Positions 47,905 through 57,014 of a stretch of DNA of 64,000 nucleotides are shown piece by piece. Each line of letters opens with the position of its first letter. Position 1 is the stretch's first letter. Source of the DNA: an uncultured delta proteobacterium (lineage in GTDB: Bacteria; Desulfobacterota; BSN033; UBA1163); contig CAWHBU010000006.1 of the NCBI GenBank assembly GCA_963827685.1, positions 32,001 to 96,000 on the forward strand, given 5' to 3'. Made by a program: the position numbers and the translations under genes. Under the pieces are notes generated by a model, which was not told the DNA's origin, ran no database searches, and saw nothing but the letters and a program-made list of their open reading frames with translations.

Positions 47905-49260
47905 ATGGAAGATTATTTTTCCTATACGGCCAAACTTTTTGACCCTGCCGCCATCAACAAGAAAGCGGAGATCCTCAAAGGGATCCGTGTTCTGGATTTC
48001 TCCCACGTCATCTTTGGCCCCACGGCCACCCGGCTTCTGGCCCAGTACGGGGCAGAAGTCATTAAGCTCGAACTCCCTTTTCATGGAGACCTCTGGAGGC
48101 CGGCCACCTATTGGGGAAAATACTGGAAGCATTCCAATCCTCTTTGGCATTTTGTCACCCAGAACAAATATTTTCTCGGTCTGGACTTGAAGAAGCCCGA
48201 GGCCAAAGAGATCATCTACCGGCTGGCCGAGACGGCAGATGTGGTCGCCGAGAACTTCGCCGCCGGAACGGCTGAAGCGTGGGGGGTAGGATACACCCGA
48301 ATCAGCGAAATCAACCCCAAGATCATCTACCTAAGTTGTTCGACCTACGGCCAGTATGGACCTTTACGTTTCTATCCCGGGTGGGACCTCCTTGCCCAGG
48401 CTGCCAGCGGTGTATTGAGCCTGACCGGTTACCCCGATACAGACAAGTATTACAAACTGCCTGATTACCTGGGAGACTACATCCCAGGCAATGTGGGAGC
48501 CATGGCCATTCTGATGGCCCTCTACTTTCGCAACAAGACGGGGAGGGGACAGTACATTGACCTTGCCCAGTCTGAGGCTTTGATGCGGCTGCTTTGGCAC
48601 TTCACGTTCTTCAACCTTACGGGGAAGGAGATTGGCCGCACTGGAAACAGTGATCCCACGATGGTCCCGGCTTCTATCTTTAAAACCCGGGATGGAAAGT
48701 TTATGGCTCTGGCGTGCGCGACCGAGAAACAATTTGCCGGTCTTTGCAGCGCGATGAACCAAGAAGATCTTCTCAAGGACAAAATTTACATGGATCCTTT
48801 CGAGAGACTGAAGCCGGCTAACGCCGCTGCGCTCACCAAGATTGCCGGCGACTGGTTAAAGTCTTTAAATGCAGAGGAGATTACCAAACTGGCCAATGAC
48901 AAAGGTTTTCCAGCCGCGGAAGTACTGGATGACTACCAGATTTGTCATGATCCCTGGAGGCGCCAGAGAGGAAGCGTCATCCTATTCAATGATGAGATGT
49001 ATAAAGAGTTGGTCCTGGCAGGACCCTCCGCCCAGCTCAGCAAGACGCCGGCCAGAACGAAATGGCTGGCCCGTCCGATAGGTTACCATAACCGGCTGGT
49101 GCTCAAAAAATTTATGGGCCTGTCGGAGGAAGAAATATCCTTGTTGGAGAAAAAAAGAATCATTGGCACCTTCGACGACCGGCCGGGGCTGAAGCCGCCC
49201 GTTTATTACAACCTGGATGAGGATCCGATCTTTAATTACGGGAGAGAGGAAAAAAAGTGA
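47905..49260 (+). CDS. Family III (CaiB/BaiF) CoA-transferase, catalytic subunit
   Basis: RVLDFSHVIFGP, GAEVIKLE, ENF, YGQYGP and LGDYIPG (catalytic Asp). Confidence 0.9.
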   Translation: MEDYFSYTAKLFDPAAINKKAEILKGIRVLDFSHVIFGPTATRLLAQYGAEVIKLELPFHGDLWRPATYWGKYWKHSNPLWHFVTQNKYFLGLDLKKPEAKEIIYRLAETADVVAENFAAGTAEAWGVGYTRISEINPKIIYLSCSTYGQYGPLRFYPGWDLLAQAASGVLSLTGYPDTDKYYKLPDYLGDYIPGNVGAMAILMALYFRNKTGRGQYIDLAQSEALMRLLWHFTFFNLTGKEIGRTGNSDPTMVPASIFKTRDGKFMALACATEKQFAGLCSAMNQEDLLKDKIYMDPFERLKPANAAALTKIAGDWLKSLNAEEITKLANDKGFPAAEVLDDYQICHDPWRRQRGSVILFNDEMYKELVLAGPSAQLSKTPARTKWLARPIGYHNRLVLKKFMGLSEEEISLLEKKRIIGTFDDRPGLKPPVYYNLDEDPIFNYGREEKK

Positions 49261-50609
49261 GCAACAAGCGGGAAAAGGAACAAGTTTACGCCCGATACGT
49301 AGCCTCGGGAAAGACGGTTCAACACCTGGCCTCCTGGGGAAAGAGGTTGGCCGAGGTGATGAACCCGGAAGGGAAACCCGAAGTCCTGGATGATATCTTA
49401 GTGTTGGATGCCAGTTACGCGAATTTCTCAGGGATCATCGCAGCCAGTTTTTTTGCCGAGTTCGGGGCCGAGGTCATTAAGATTGAGCCGCCCGATGGGG
49501 ATCCGGCCCGCAGGATAACCCCTCTGGGCGAAAATGTGAACGGCGTGGGGATCCCTTTTTTGATTGAGGGACGGAACAAGAGATACATGACGCTGGATCT
49601 CAGAAATTCCGAAAAGGACAGAAATGATTTTGCAAGATTGGCGGAAAAGGCTTCGGTGGTTATCGAAACCTTTGGAGCCGGGGAAATGGATTCCTGGGGC
49701 ATTGGATACCGGCAGCTCAGTCAGAAAAATCCCGGTATCATTTATATTGCCATCACTCCTTATGGCCAGTACACGGAAAAGGCCCGGCAATTTGCCCATT
49801 TTCCGGATTCAGACATTACTTCGCAGGCAGGCTCCGGTCTTCCGGCTCAGGTAGGCGATCCGGCGAACAGTCCCGAGCCTTATAACTGGCCCCTCAGAGC
49901 CGGGATGTGGGCTGGGTGGTACATCTCCGGACTCCATGCGGCTTTGGGAGGCTCTTTCGCTCTCATTCACCGTCAAAACACTGGGGAAGGCCAGATGGTG
50001 GACGTGGCCACCATGGATGCTTATTCCTGCATGGTTGGATTCCCGCCAACGATTGGCTATACGTGGGAGGCCCCCCGGCCGCGGATCGGAGTTCTCGATT
50101 TTATTCTCTATCCGTATGGTTGCTGGAAATGTAAGGATGGTTTTGTAGTAATTGCGGCTCCCCGTGACCATGACTTTCGAGCCCTTTTAAAAGTCCTTGG
50201 TTTGTGGAAATTAGAAGACGATTGGAGATTTACGCCGGACCGGATTCCCGATGTAGTCGATACGGCCATGGTTTTGTATAAGGCCATTGAGGAGAAAACC
50301 ATCTTATACACGGCTGATGAACTGGTGAATAAAGCGTTGAGATACAGCGCCAAGGCGGCACGGTCCAAATGGCGCGGCGGTGGCGTACCGATCGTTATGA
50401 AGGTGAATACGCCGCCCATGACCCTGGAAAGCAAACAGTTTGCCATTCGCAAAATCTTTCAGGAGGTCGAAGATGGGACCTTAGGAAAGTTCGTTATCAA
50501 CACTAGCTTCGTCAAGATGTCGGAATCTCCGCCGCGGGTCAAATGGGTTTCCTGTGATATCGGTAAGGACAATGACTATATCCGGAAAAAATATCTCCAG
50601 GACCGATGA
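49257..50609 (+). CDS. Family III CoA-transferase, probable non-catalytic subunit
   Basis: GAEVIKIEPP.GD, NKR, TPYGQ. Trp occupies the Asp position (AGWYISG). GTGA overlap with the previous gene. Confidence 0.85.
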   Translation: MSNKREKEQVYARYVASGKTVQHLASWGKRLAEVMNPEGKPEVLDDILVLDASYANFSGIIAASFFAEFGAEVIKIEPPDGDPARRITPLGENVNGVGIPFLIEGRNKRYMTLDLRNSEKDRNDFARLAEKASVVIETFGAGEMDSWGIGYRQLSQKNPGIIYIAITPYGQYTEKARQFAHFPDSDITSQAGSGLPAQVGDPANSPEPYNWPLRAGMWAGWYISGLHAALGGSFALIHRQNTGEGQMVDVATMDAYSCMVGFPPTIGYTWEAPRPRIGVLDFILYPYGCWKCKDGFVVIAAPRDHDFRALLKVLGLWKLEDDWRFTPDRIPDVVDTAMVLYKAIEEKTILYTADELVNKALRYSAKAARSKWRGGGVPIVMKVNTPPMTLESKQFAIRKIFQEVEDGTLGKFVINTSFVKMSESPPRVKWVSCDIGKDNDYIRKKYLQDR

Positions 50610-50688
50610 ACGGCCCGCAGGGGATATTCTTCAAGGTAGGGGAATTCTCACAATGACCCTACAAAAAAATAAGAAAGGAGGGCGTCCA

Positions 50689-52017
50689 ATGAAAAAATGG
50701 TTAAGGTTGGGAATGATGGTGGTCGCAGTCTTCTCTCTGCTCTGGTTGGGAGCAAGCCCGGTGCTTGCAGCCCCTGCCGGAAAGCCGATCGTCATCGGTT
50801 ACGTCGGAAATGTTGCCTCCCCCGGCACCAAACCCTGTATGGACATACAGAAGTATGCCGTCGAGGAGATCAACAAGGCCGGAGGAATCCTGGGACGGCC
50901 GGTGGAGTATGTCGTGCTTGACGGCAAGGGAGACACTTCGCTTTCAGTGGAGGCCGCCCGGCGACTCATCATGGAGAATAAAGCCTCCTTCGTCTCCATT
51001 GAAGGCCGTTCGGAGATTTGTTTGGCCGCTCAGGAGAACTCCGCTACTCTGTTTAAGGAATATCCCCACATTCTGGTTTTCAACGGTCCCATGGCCTCGG
51101 AGTTGACGGCCAAGATTGTAGACAGCCCTGGAAAGTACGAATTCTGCTTCCGGGATTGGGATCCGGAGCCTGCCCATTATGGCTGGCTGGACAATTATCT
51201 GGGAAAGCTTTTCCAGGGTGCTCTGAAGGGCAAGAAGCTTGCTTTTCTCTGGGAAGATCTGGCCTGGACTGTCCTCTGGCGCAGAGGGATCGATTATCTT
51301 AAACTGCCTACCTGGGAAGAGGTGGCCAAGCAGAAATACGGGATAGACGTGGTTTACAGCAAACCGGTCAAACCCCGGGGAACCATGTACCTGCCCATTT
51401 TACAAGAGATCGCAACAAAAAAGGCCGACATGATCTGGTTTGTGAGCTCATGGTTCACCGATACCGAGTCATATGCCAAGCAATGGGCTGATTCGGCGGC
51501 CCAGGATATTCCCTCCGTAATGTATGGTGGGGTGGCCCAGACTCATGATTATTGGAGGATGACCGGAGGAAAAGGATTGGGGATCATGTCTTCCTTTTAT
51601 GAAGGGGATATCCCTTTTACCCCGAAAACCCTTCCCTTCATCGAGTTGGGGAAAAAGCTCGGGATTCCGCTTCAGATTCACGTCCATATCTCCTATGCGG
51701 ATATCTACCATTTCAAGGAGGCCATTGAGAAAGCCGGAGGAACGGACAACATTAATAAGTTGATCAAAGCCATGGAAGATGTGGAGACAATTTACTCCCT
51801 GGGAAAGATGAAATATCAAACCAGAAGAATCAAGCCTTACTTCCACTCTCGCGTTCTAGTGGATCCCATGAATCCTTACCATATGTATCCTGGAATGTTC
51901 CTGATGAACATCGCCCAGTTCCAGAATGATGGAAAAATTTCCTGGGTCATCAATGAAAAGAGCCAGGTTGTTCCAGGAGGCTACATTCCTCCCGCTCAAT
52001 TGCGCACCAAGAAATAA
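50689..52017 (+). CDS. ABC transporter substrate-binding protein (Liv-type)
   Basis: AAGGAGG RBS, signal peptide, AVEEINKAGGILGRPVE, AIEKAG. Confidence 0.88.
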   Translation: MKKWLRLGMMVVAVFSLLWLGASPVLAAPAGKPIVIGYVGNVASPGTKPCMDIQKYAVEEINKAGGILGRPVEYVVLDGKGDTSLSVEAARRLIMENKASFVSIEGRSEICLAAQENSATLFKEYPHILVFNGPMASELTAKIVDSPGKYEFCFRDWDPEPAHYGWLDNYLGKLFQGALKGKKLAFLWEDLAWTVLWRRGIDYLKLPTWEEVAKQKYGIDVVYSKPVKPRGTMYLPILQEIATKKADMIWFVSSWFTDTESYAKQWADSAAQDIPSVMYGGVAQTHDYWRMTGGKGLGIMSSFYEGDIPFTPKTLPFIELGKKLGIPLQIHVHISYADIYHFKEAIEKAGGTDNINKLIKAMEDVETIYSLGKMKYQTRRIKPYFHSRVLVDPMNPYHMYPGMFLMNIAQFQNDGKISWVINEKSQVVPGGYIPPAQLRTKK

Positions 52018-52031
52018 CCTTTGACCTTCTT

Positions 52032-52072
52032 CAGGCGGACTTCTTTTTGGTAAAGAAGTCCGCCTGTTTTTT
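52032..52072 (+). terminator. Rho-independent terminator
   Basis: Perfect 15-bp stem CAGGCGGACTTCTTT / AAAGAAGTCCGCCTG followed by a T run. Confidence 0.88.
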
Positions 52073-52142
52073 AGAAATTTATTTCTAATTTGCAAGAAAA
52101 AAATATGACAGGGCGGCGGTTTTTAGTCATTTAACCGGTCAA

Positions 52143-52291
52143 GTTTTGGCCTTGAACTTTGAGCTCTTTCGCCTCTTCCTTACTTCGCCGAATGTCCTTT
52201 CTATAAACTTCTTTGGCCTTTCAGACCTTGGTTCTCTCGCCGAACGCCGAACCCTGAACGAATTTATTGCCGCCTCATGCCTCTCGCCTGA
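52143..52291. repeat. Cluster of short heptamer arrays
   Basis: tttggcc/cttgaac/tttgagc; cgccgaa cgccgaa ccctgaa (52238-58); cgcctca tgcctct cgcctga (52271-91). Confidence 0.6.
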
Positions 52292-52310
52292 TTTTATTCT
52301 TGACATCCCC

Positions 52311-52799
52311 AATCTGGCGGAGCTTTATGGGGTGGAGACAAAATTTCTGGTTAGAGCAGTTAAGAGAAACCTTTCGCGGTTTCCTGCTGATTTTATGTTC
52401 CAACTCAATCAAAAGGAGTTTGAAAACTTGAGGTTCCATTTTGGTACCTCAAGTCAATGGGGAGGGCGGCGATATTTTCCTTATGCCTTTACTGAGCAAG
52501 GAGTAGCCATGCTTTCCAGTGTCTTAAACAGCGAGCGGGCGGTAGAAGTGAATATTCAGAGTGGAAGAGTTTTCGTCAAACTCAGGAAAATGATTGCCTC
52601 TCATAAAGATCTGTCCCGACGGCTGTATGATCTGGAGAAAAAATACGATGCCCGGTTTAAAGTCGTCTTTGAGGCCATCCGGGAACTGATGAGGCCTCCC
52701 AAGCTTCCCGTTGTTCCGAAAAAGAAAATCGGCTTTGAGCTAAAAGAGAGACAGGCAAGATATACTAAAAAGGGGGGTTCAAAAGTTGTAAGCGGCTAA
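52311..52799 (+). pseudogene. ORF6N-domain DNA-binding protein, N-terminally truncated
   Basis: [47 protein letters not shown]. No start codon, RBS or N-terminal segment. Confidence 0.78.
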
Positions 52800-52980
52800 C
52801 TTGAGCCGAATGGAAAATGGGGGATAAACAGAGTTTAATTGAAGGAAATTTGAGGTTGGGTTTTTACCGGGGAACACGACTATCAGTAAAAATCAGAATA
52901 CAAAGAAAATAGACCTGACCCCAATTCTTCCAACTCTATCAAATAAGTTGGAGAATGACTAAAACTAATTTCTTTTAAAA

Positions 52981-54150
52981 CTACCTCTCAATAATCCAAG
53001 GGTCAAATGGTATCTTAGAAAGAAGTTCATTCCCTTCTTCAGTAATCAGTAGTGGTGTTTCAAGCCTCATACCCCCGAGGCCGGGTTGGTTGGCGGCAAT
53101 GGCAAGAATTTGGATATAGTTAGGTTCAAGCACATAATCCGGCTCTGAAACTTGTTTCACCTTCGTGTTTGATAAGAGAGGATACCATTCATGTCCCAAA
53201 TGGCCGATCCCGTGCCCGAAAAACCCCCTGATGATTTTGTCCCAACCGCTTTTACGCACAAACTCACGGCAGTCTATTGCTACATCTCCCAGCGTTTTCC
53301 CTGGTTTCATCACCTCTACGATATGCTCACACGTTTGGACATAGACATGGATAAGCTTCTTTTGTTCATTATCCGGTCGGCCCATTATTGCATTGTGAGA
53401 GACATCTCCCAGCATGAGCCCGTACATTGCATGAAGATCCATGACCACGAACTCTTTTAATTGTACGATTTTGTCTGTTGCCGGGGTGCAACCCCCAGTC
53501 CATGTCCGATATCCCGAGGCAATTTCCTGGCCCCCGGTAAAAGTCCAACCGAATTCGCTTCCCGCATCTCTCATCACTTTTTCGGCAACCCCGGCAATTT
53601 GTTTTTCGCTCATACCGGGTTTTAATACGTGACGCAGTTCTTCATGGGCAGAGTCCACAATAGCCGTTGCTTGCCGCATGAGCCGGACCTCTTCCTCTTC
53701 TTTAACCATGGTCAAATCATCTATAATATTACTAACATTGACAAATGCTGCATCGGGCAAGGCCTTAATCAGCTCTTGATATTCCGATAGCGCAATATAC
53801 CCATCGGGTAGATAGGGGGAAGAACCACATTCATAGCCGATTCTGGCCTTTTCCAAACCCAATTTTTTTATTCTGTTCACAACGGTTTCCATTAAACTAA
53901 TTCTTCCATATCCTTCCACATTTTTTAGCCAGCCTTCTTGGCGAAGCCGATTTACATCGAAAGCAAGGCTAACCAGGTAGAGTTCCCCCTTCGTTGGGAT
54001 TATCACTGCACTTCGCCAGGGACAAAATACTCCAGAGGCGTGGGTCACGGTTTTTAACCGGGTACCAATCAAAACATCGACATTTTCTTTTTTAATCCTT
54101 GCCTGCATTTTTTGGAGTCTTTTTGTGAAGTCAATATGGACAGTATACAT
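52981..54150 (-). CDS. M24 family (Xaa-Pro peptidase/creatinase fold) hydrolase
   Basis: VKEEEE..MRQA, PGMSE, D..D, GHGIG..HE, GMRLE. Confidence 0.85.
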   Translation of the reverse strand: MYTVHIDFTKRLQKMQARIKKENVDVLIGTRLKTVTHASGVFCPWRSAVIIPTKGELYLVSLAFDVNRLRQEGWLKNVEGYGRISLMETVVNRIKKLGLEKARIGYECGSSPYLPDGYIALSEYQELIKALPDAAFVNVSNIIDDLTMVKEEEEVRLMRQATAIVDSAHEELRHVLKPGMSEKQIAGVAEKVMRDAGSEFGWTFTGGQEIASGYRTWTGGCTPATDKIVQLKEFVVMDLHAMYGLMLGDVSHNAIMGRPDNEQKKLIHVYVQTCEHIVEVMKPGKTLGDVAIDCREFVRKSGWDKIIRGFFGHGIGHLGHEWYPLLSNTKVKQVSEPDYVLEPNYIQILAIAANQPGLGGMRLETPLLITEEGNELLSKIPFDPWIIER

Positions 54151-54182
54151 TTTTTACCCCTTTCCTTAATTGAAGACTATTT

Positions 54183-55718
54183 TTAAAAAATATCTTTCTT
54201 ATCAACCCAGGAGGGTATATGTTTGTAATAGCTAGCTGGATTGGCATGCTTGATTCCCTTTAAAGTTGCTTTAACTAATTCCACCTGTCCCTTGTCATTT
54301 TTCCACATTGATACTAGACCTTCTTTGCCAAGAACCGTTAGTTTTTGTAATATCTCCTCATCGCCAAGATCGATGAACTGTTGGATATCCTGAATAGTCA
54401 TATGCAAGCCCGGATTTACTCGATAATTTTCAGCCAAAACTTTTAAAATATCCGCCTCCGTCTTTACCGCGATGGGTTTTGGCTTATCCCCCAAGGGAAG
54501 GGGTTGGTTTATTTCTTCGTCAATGGCACGAATTGGAACTTTTAGATCATCAGCAAAGTATTTATTTCCCATCCGATAGATCAAGAGTCTGAGCACTTCG
54601 CTAGTCCCCGCTGCAATTTGTCCGATTTTGGCATCTCGCATAATGCGTTCAACCGGATAAATTTCCATGACTCCGTTACCGCCCATACATTGGATCGCCT
54701 CCGAGGCCATTTTAAACCCCACCTCAGTGCAAAGAAGTTTGCTTAAGGCAGCTTCGATAGGGGTATCCCGCCCCAAGTCAATAAGGTAAGCGACATAATA
54801 GACCAGCAGACGTGCTAATTGATAGTTGGAGTAAAGGTCCGCCAATTTAAATTGATTCGTCACAATAGAACCCGTTTTTTGTCCGAATTGAACGCGTCTT
54901 TCCAAATGCTGCCTGGCATAACGCAAGGACTCACGCATCCCTCCGAGGTAGGTGGTTGCCGTCAACACCCTCTCCGCATTCAACCCGCTCATCATGACCC
55001 GCCAACCATTCCCCTCGCCCCCGATTACATTTTTTACCGGTACCTTAACGTCGTCCAACCTTAAATAGCAGTTCAACATTCCAGGATATCCCGGCCAATC
55101 ATTCACTCTTTCCACAGAAAAGCCCGGCATACCTTTTTCAATAATCAACCCCGTCAGATGCCTCCGAGTCCCTATTTTTTTGGGATCATCAGACGTCTTC
55201 ACATAAGTCATATAAAAATCGGCCGCCCCGGCATTAGTCTGAAACCTTTTTATTCCGTTAACAATATAGTCGTCCCCTTCGCGGATTCCCACTGTCTCGA
55301 TTGCTGAAATATCCGACCCGGCATACGGCTCGGTCATAACGACGCTACCGAGAATTTCGCCCTTGGCCATCTTCCCCAACCATCGTTCCTTTTGTTCTTC
55401 GGTCCCATCATGAATGATTTGATGCATTCCTCCGAATAACGTATTACTATAAGATGCTGAAACGGCACCGGCCCGACTAATTTCATCAATAACAATACAG
55501 GCGCCGGTGATGCCATAAATTTCTAATTTTCCCCCGTATTTTTGGGGAATGAGTGCCCCAAACCACCCCCTTTTTTTAATTTCCTCGACTACTTTCCAGG
55601 GATATTCCTTTTTAAAGCTGCATTTTTCGGCGATCGGTATTAATATTTCGTCCGTGACTTTTCGAACATTGGCTGCCAGTTCTTTTTGTGCCTCGTTCCA
55701 CCATGGGAAATCTTCCAT
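54183..55718 (-). CDS. Acyl-CoA dehydrogenase with about 125-aa C-terminal extension
   Basis: MTEPYAGSD, NGIKRFQTN, LNAER, RVQFG, IQCMGGNG, RDAK..QI.AGTSE. GGAGG RBS. Confidence 0.9.
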   Translation of the reverse strand: MEDFPWWNEAQKELAANVRKVTDEILIPIAEKCSFKKEYPWKVVEEIKKRGWFGALIPQKYGGKLEIYGITGACIVIDEISRAGAVSASYSNTLFGGMHQIIHDGTEEQKERWLGKMAKGEILGSVVMTEPYAGSDISAIETVGIREGDDYIVNGIKRFQTNAGAADFYMTYVKTSDDPKKIGTRRHLTGLIIEKGMPGFSVERVNDWPGYPGMLNCYLRLDDVKVPVKNVIGGEGNGWRVMMSGLNAERVLTATTYLGGMRESLRYARQHLERRVQFGQKTGSIVTNQFKLADLYSNYQLARLLVYYVAYLIDLGRDTPIEAALSKLLCTEVGFKMASEAIQCMGGNGVMEIYPVERIMRDAKIGQIAAGTSEVLRLLIYRMGNKYFADDLKVPIRAIDEEINQPLPLGDKPKPIAVKTEADILKVLAENYRVNPGLHMTIQDIQQFIDLGDEEILQKLTVLGKEGLVSMWKNDKGQVELVKATLKGIKHANPASYYKHIPSWVDKKDIF

Positions 55719-55834
55719 TCTTCCTCCTAGCATTTTTCAAAATCGTTTATAAGGTTTTAGGATATATTATCAAAATTTATCAATTCCAGGGATCATACGT
55801 CTGGAATACCCCTTGGAAAGGGTTATTGCGAGAG

Positions 55835-55890
55835 GCAACAAAGCAATATTGGTTTTGAAACTGTACAAAAAATCAACATTGTTTTGTTGC
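55835..55890. repeat. 22-bp-stem inverted repeat
   Basis: GCAACAAAGCAATATTGGTTTT / AAAATCAACATTGTTTTGTTGC (19/22), 12-nt loop. Confidence 0.75.
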
Positions 55891-56046
55891 TCCTTTTTAA
55901 AGAGGCAATGAAACAATGACAAAAACAAACATTTTTTCGAGCCCGTCAAAATATATTTCCCGCGATTATACTTTTTATACTTCCAACGGCAATCCAAGCT
56001 CATTCGGCAAAACATCCATGATCTCGTCTGTTCAATATTTCTTGAT

Positions 56047-56850
56047 CTATCTACCCTTCCAACAAGGCTCTCTCTTTTCAAGAAAGGCCTTAACCCCCTC
56101 TTTAAAATCTTCCGTCTTCGTACTTAATTGAAAACAATATCGCGCTGCTTCTTCGTGAAACTCCCCACTACGCCCCAACCCCATATAAATCAACTGCTTG
56201 GTCATGCGCACGGCAAATGGCGCCCCCCTCATTAACTTCTTTGCCAATTCTTTTGCCGTCGGCATCAATTGATCATTCGGTACGACTTTGCTTACCAGGC
56301 CGATGCGCAACATCTCCTGGGCATCAATTATTTCCCCGGAAAATACTAATTCGCACGCTCTCGATAATCCCACTATCCGCGGAAGGAGATAAGTTCCAGC
56401 GCCGAGATCCGGAGACATTCCTCTCATCACAAAAACCTCTCCCCATCTTGCAGTTTCCGAAGCAATCCTGACATCACATTGCAACGTGAGTTCGGCCCCA
56501 AGACCTACAACCGGTCCATTAATGGCACAAACAACCGGCTTCGGAATGGAATTTACCACCCACATGGATTGGCGATATTCCGTTGAAATCCTTTCTTTCA
56601 TAGTATCTATTTCTTCCTCGGCCGTAAACGGAACCTCTCCGGTTAAATCCGTACCTGCACAAAAGGCTCGCCCATTGCCTGTTAAAATAACAGACCGTAC
56701 TTCATCATCTTTTTTAATATTTTCAACAATTAAAGACAGGTTTTTAAGCATTTCATGCGTAATTGCGTTCAACTTATCTGGACGATTAAACATTATTATC
56801 CCGATAGCATCTTCTTTTTTAAAAAGGATATCCTCATTTTGCATTTTCAT
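56047..56850 (-). CDS. Crotonase-family hydratase/isomerase
   Basis: NRPDKLNA, AFCAGTD, GLGAEL, FVMRGMSPD. Confidence 0.9.
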   Translation of the reverse strand: MKMQNEDILFKKEDAIGIIMFNRPDKLNAITHEMLKNLSLIVENIKKDDEVRSVILTGNGRAFCAGTDLTGEVPFTAEEEIDTMKERISTEYRQSMWVVNSIPKPVVCAINGPVVGLGAELTLQCDVRIASETARWGEVFVMRGMSPDLGAGTYLLPRIVGLSRACELVFSGEIIDAQEMLRIGLVSKVVPNDQLMPTAKELAKKLMRGAPFAVRMTKQLIYMGLGRSGEFHEEAARYCFQLSTKTEDFKEGVKAFLEKREPCWKGR

Positions 56851-57014
56851 ACCTCCAAGACACGATTATTTATTGTTTATTGAGAACTCTATTTGTCATA
56901 TTATTGATAACCTTGAATATACGTTTTTCGTTAAAGCGCCATAAAATACCTCTCTTGTTTTTATTTCGGCGTAGAACCAGCCGCAAATGCTACTTCGAGA
57001 ATGATCCATGGGTC

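Noticed and set aside
47905-50609. Phthalate or toluene (bbsEF) pathway assignment
   Set aside because: No UbiD/UbiX decarboxylase and no bss/bbs genes in the window.
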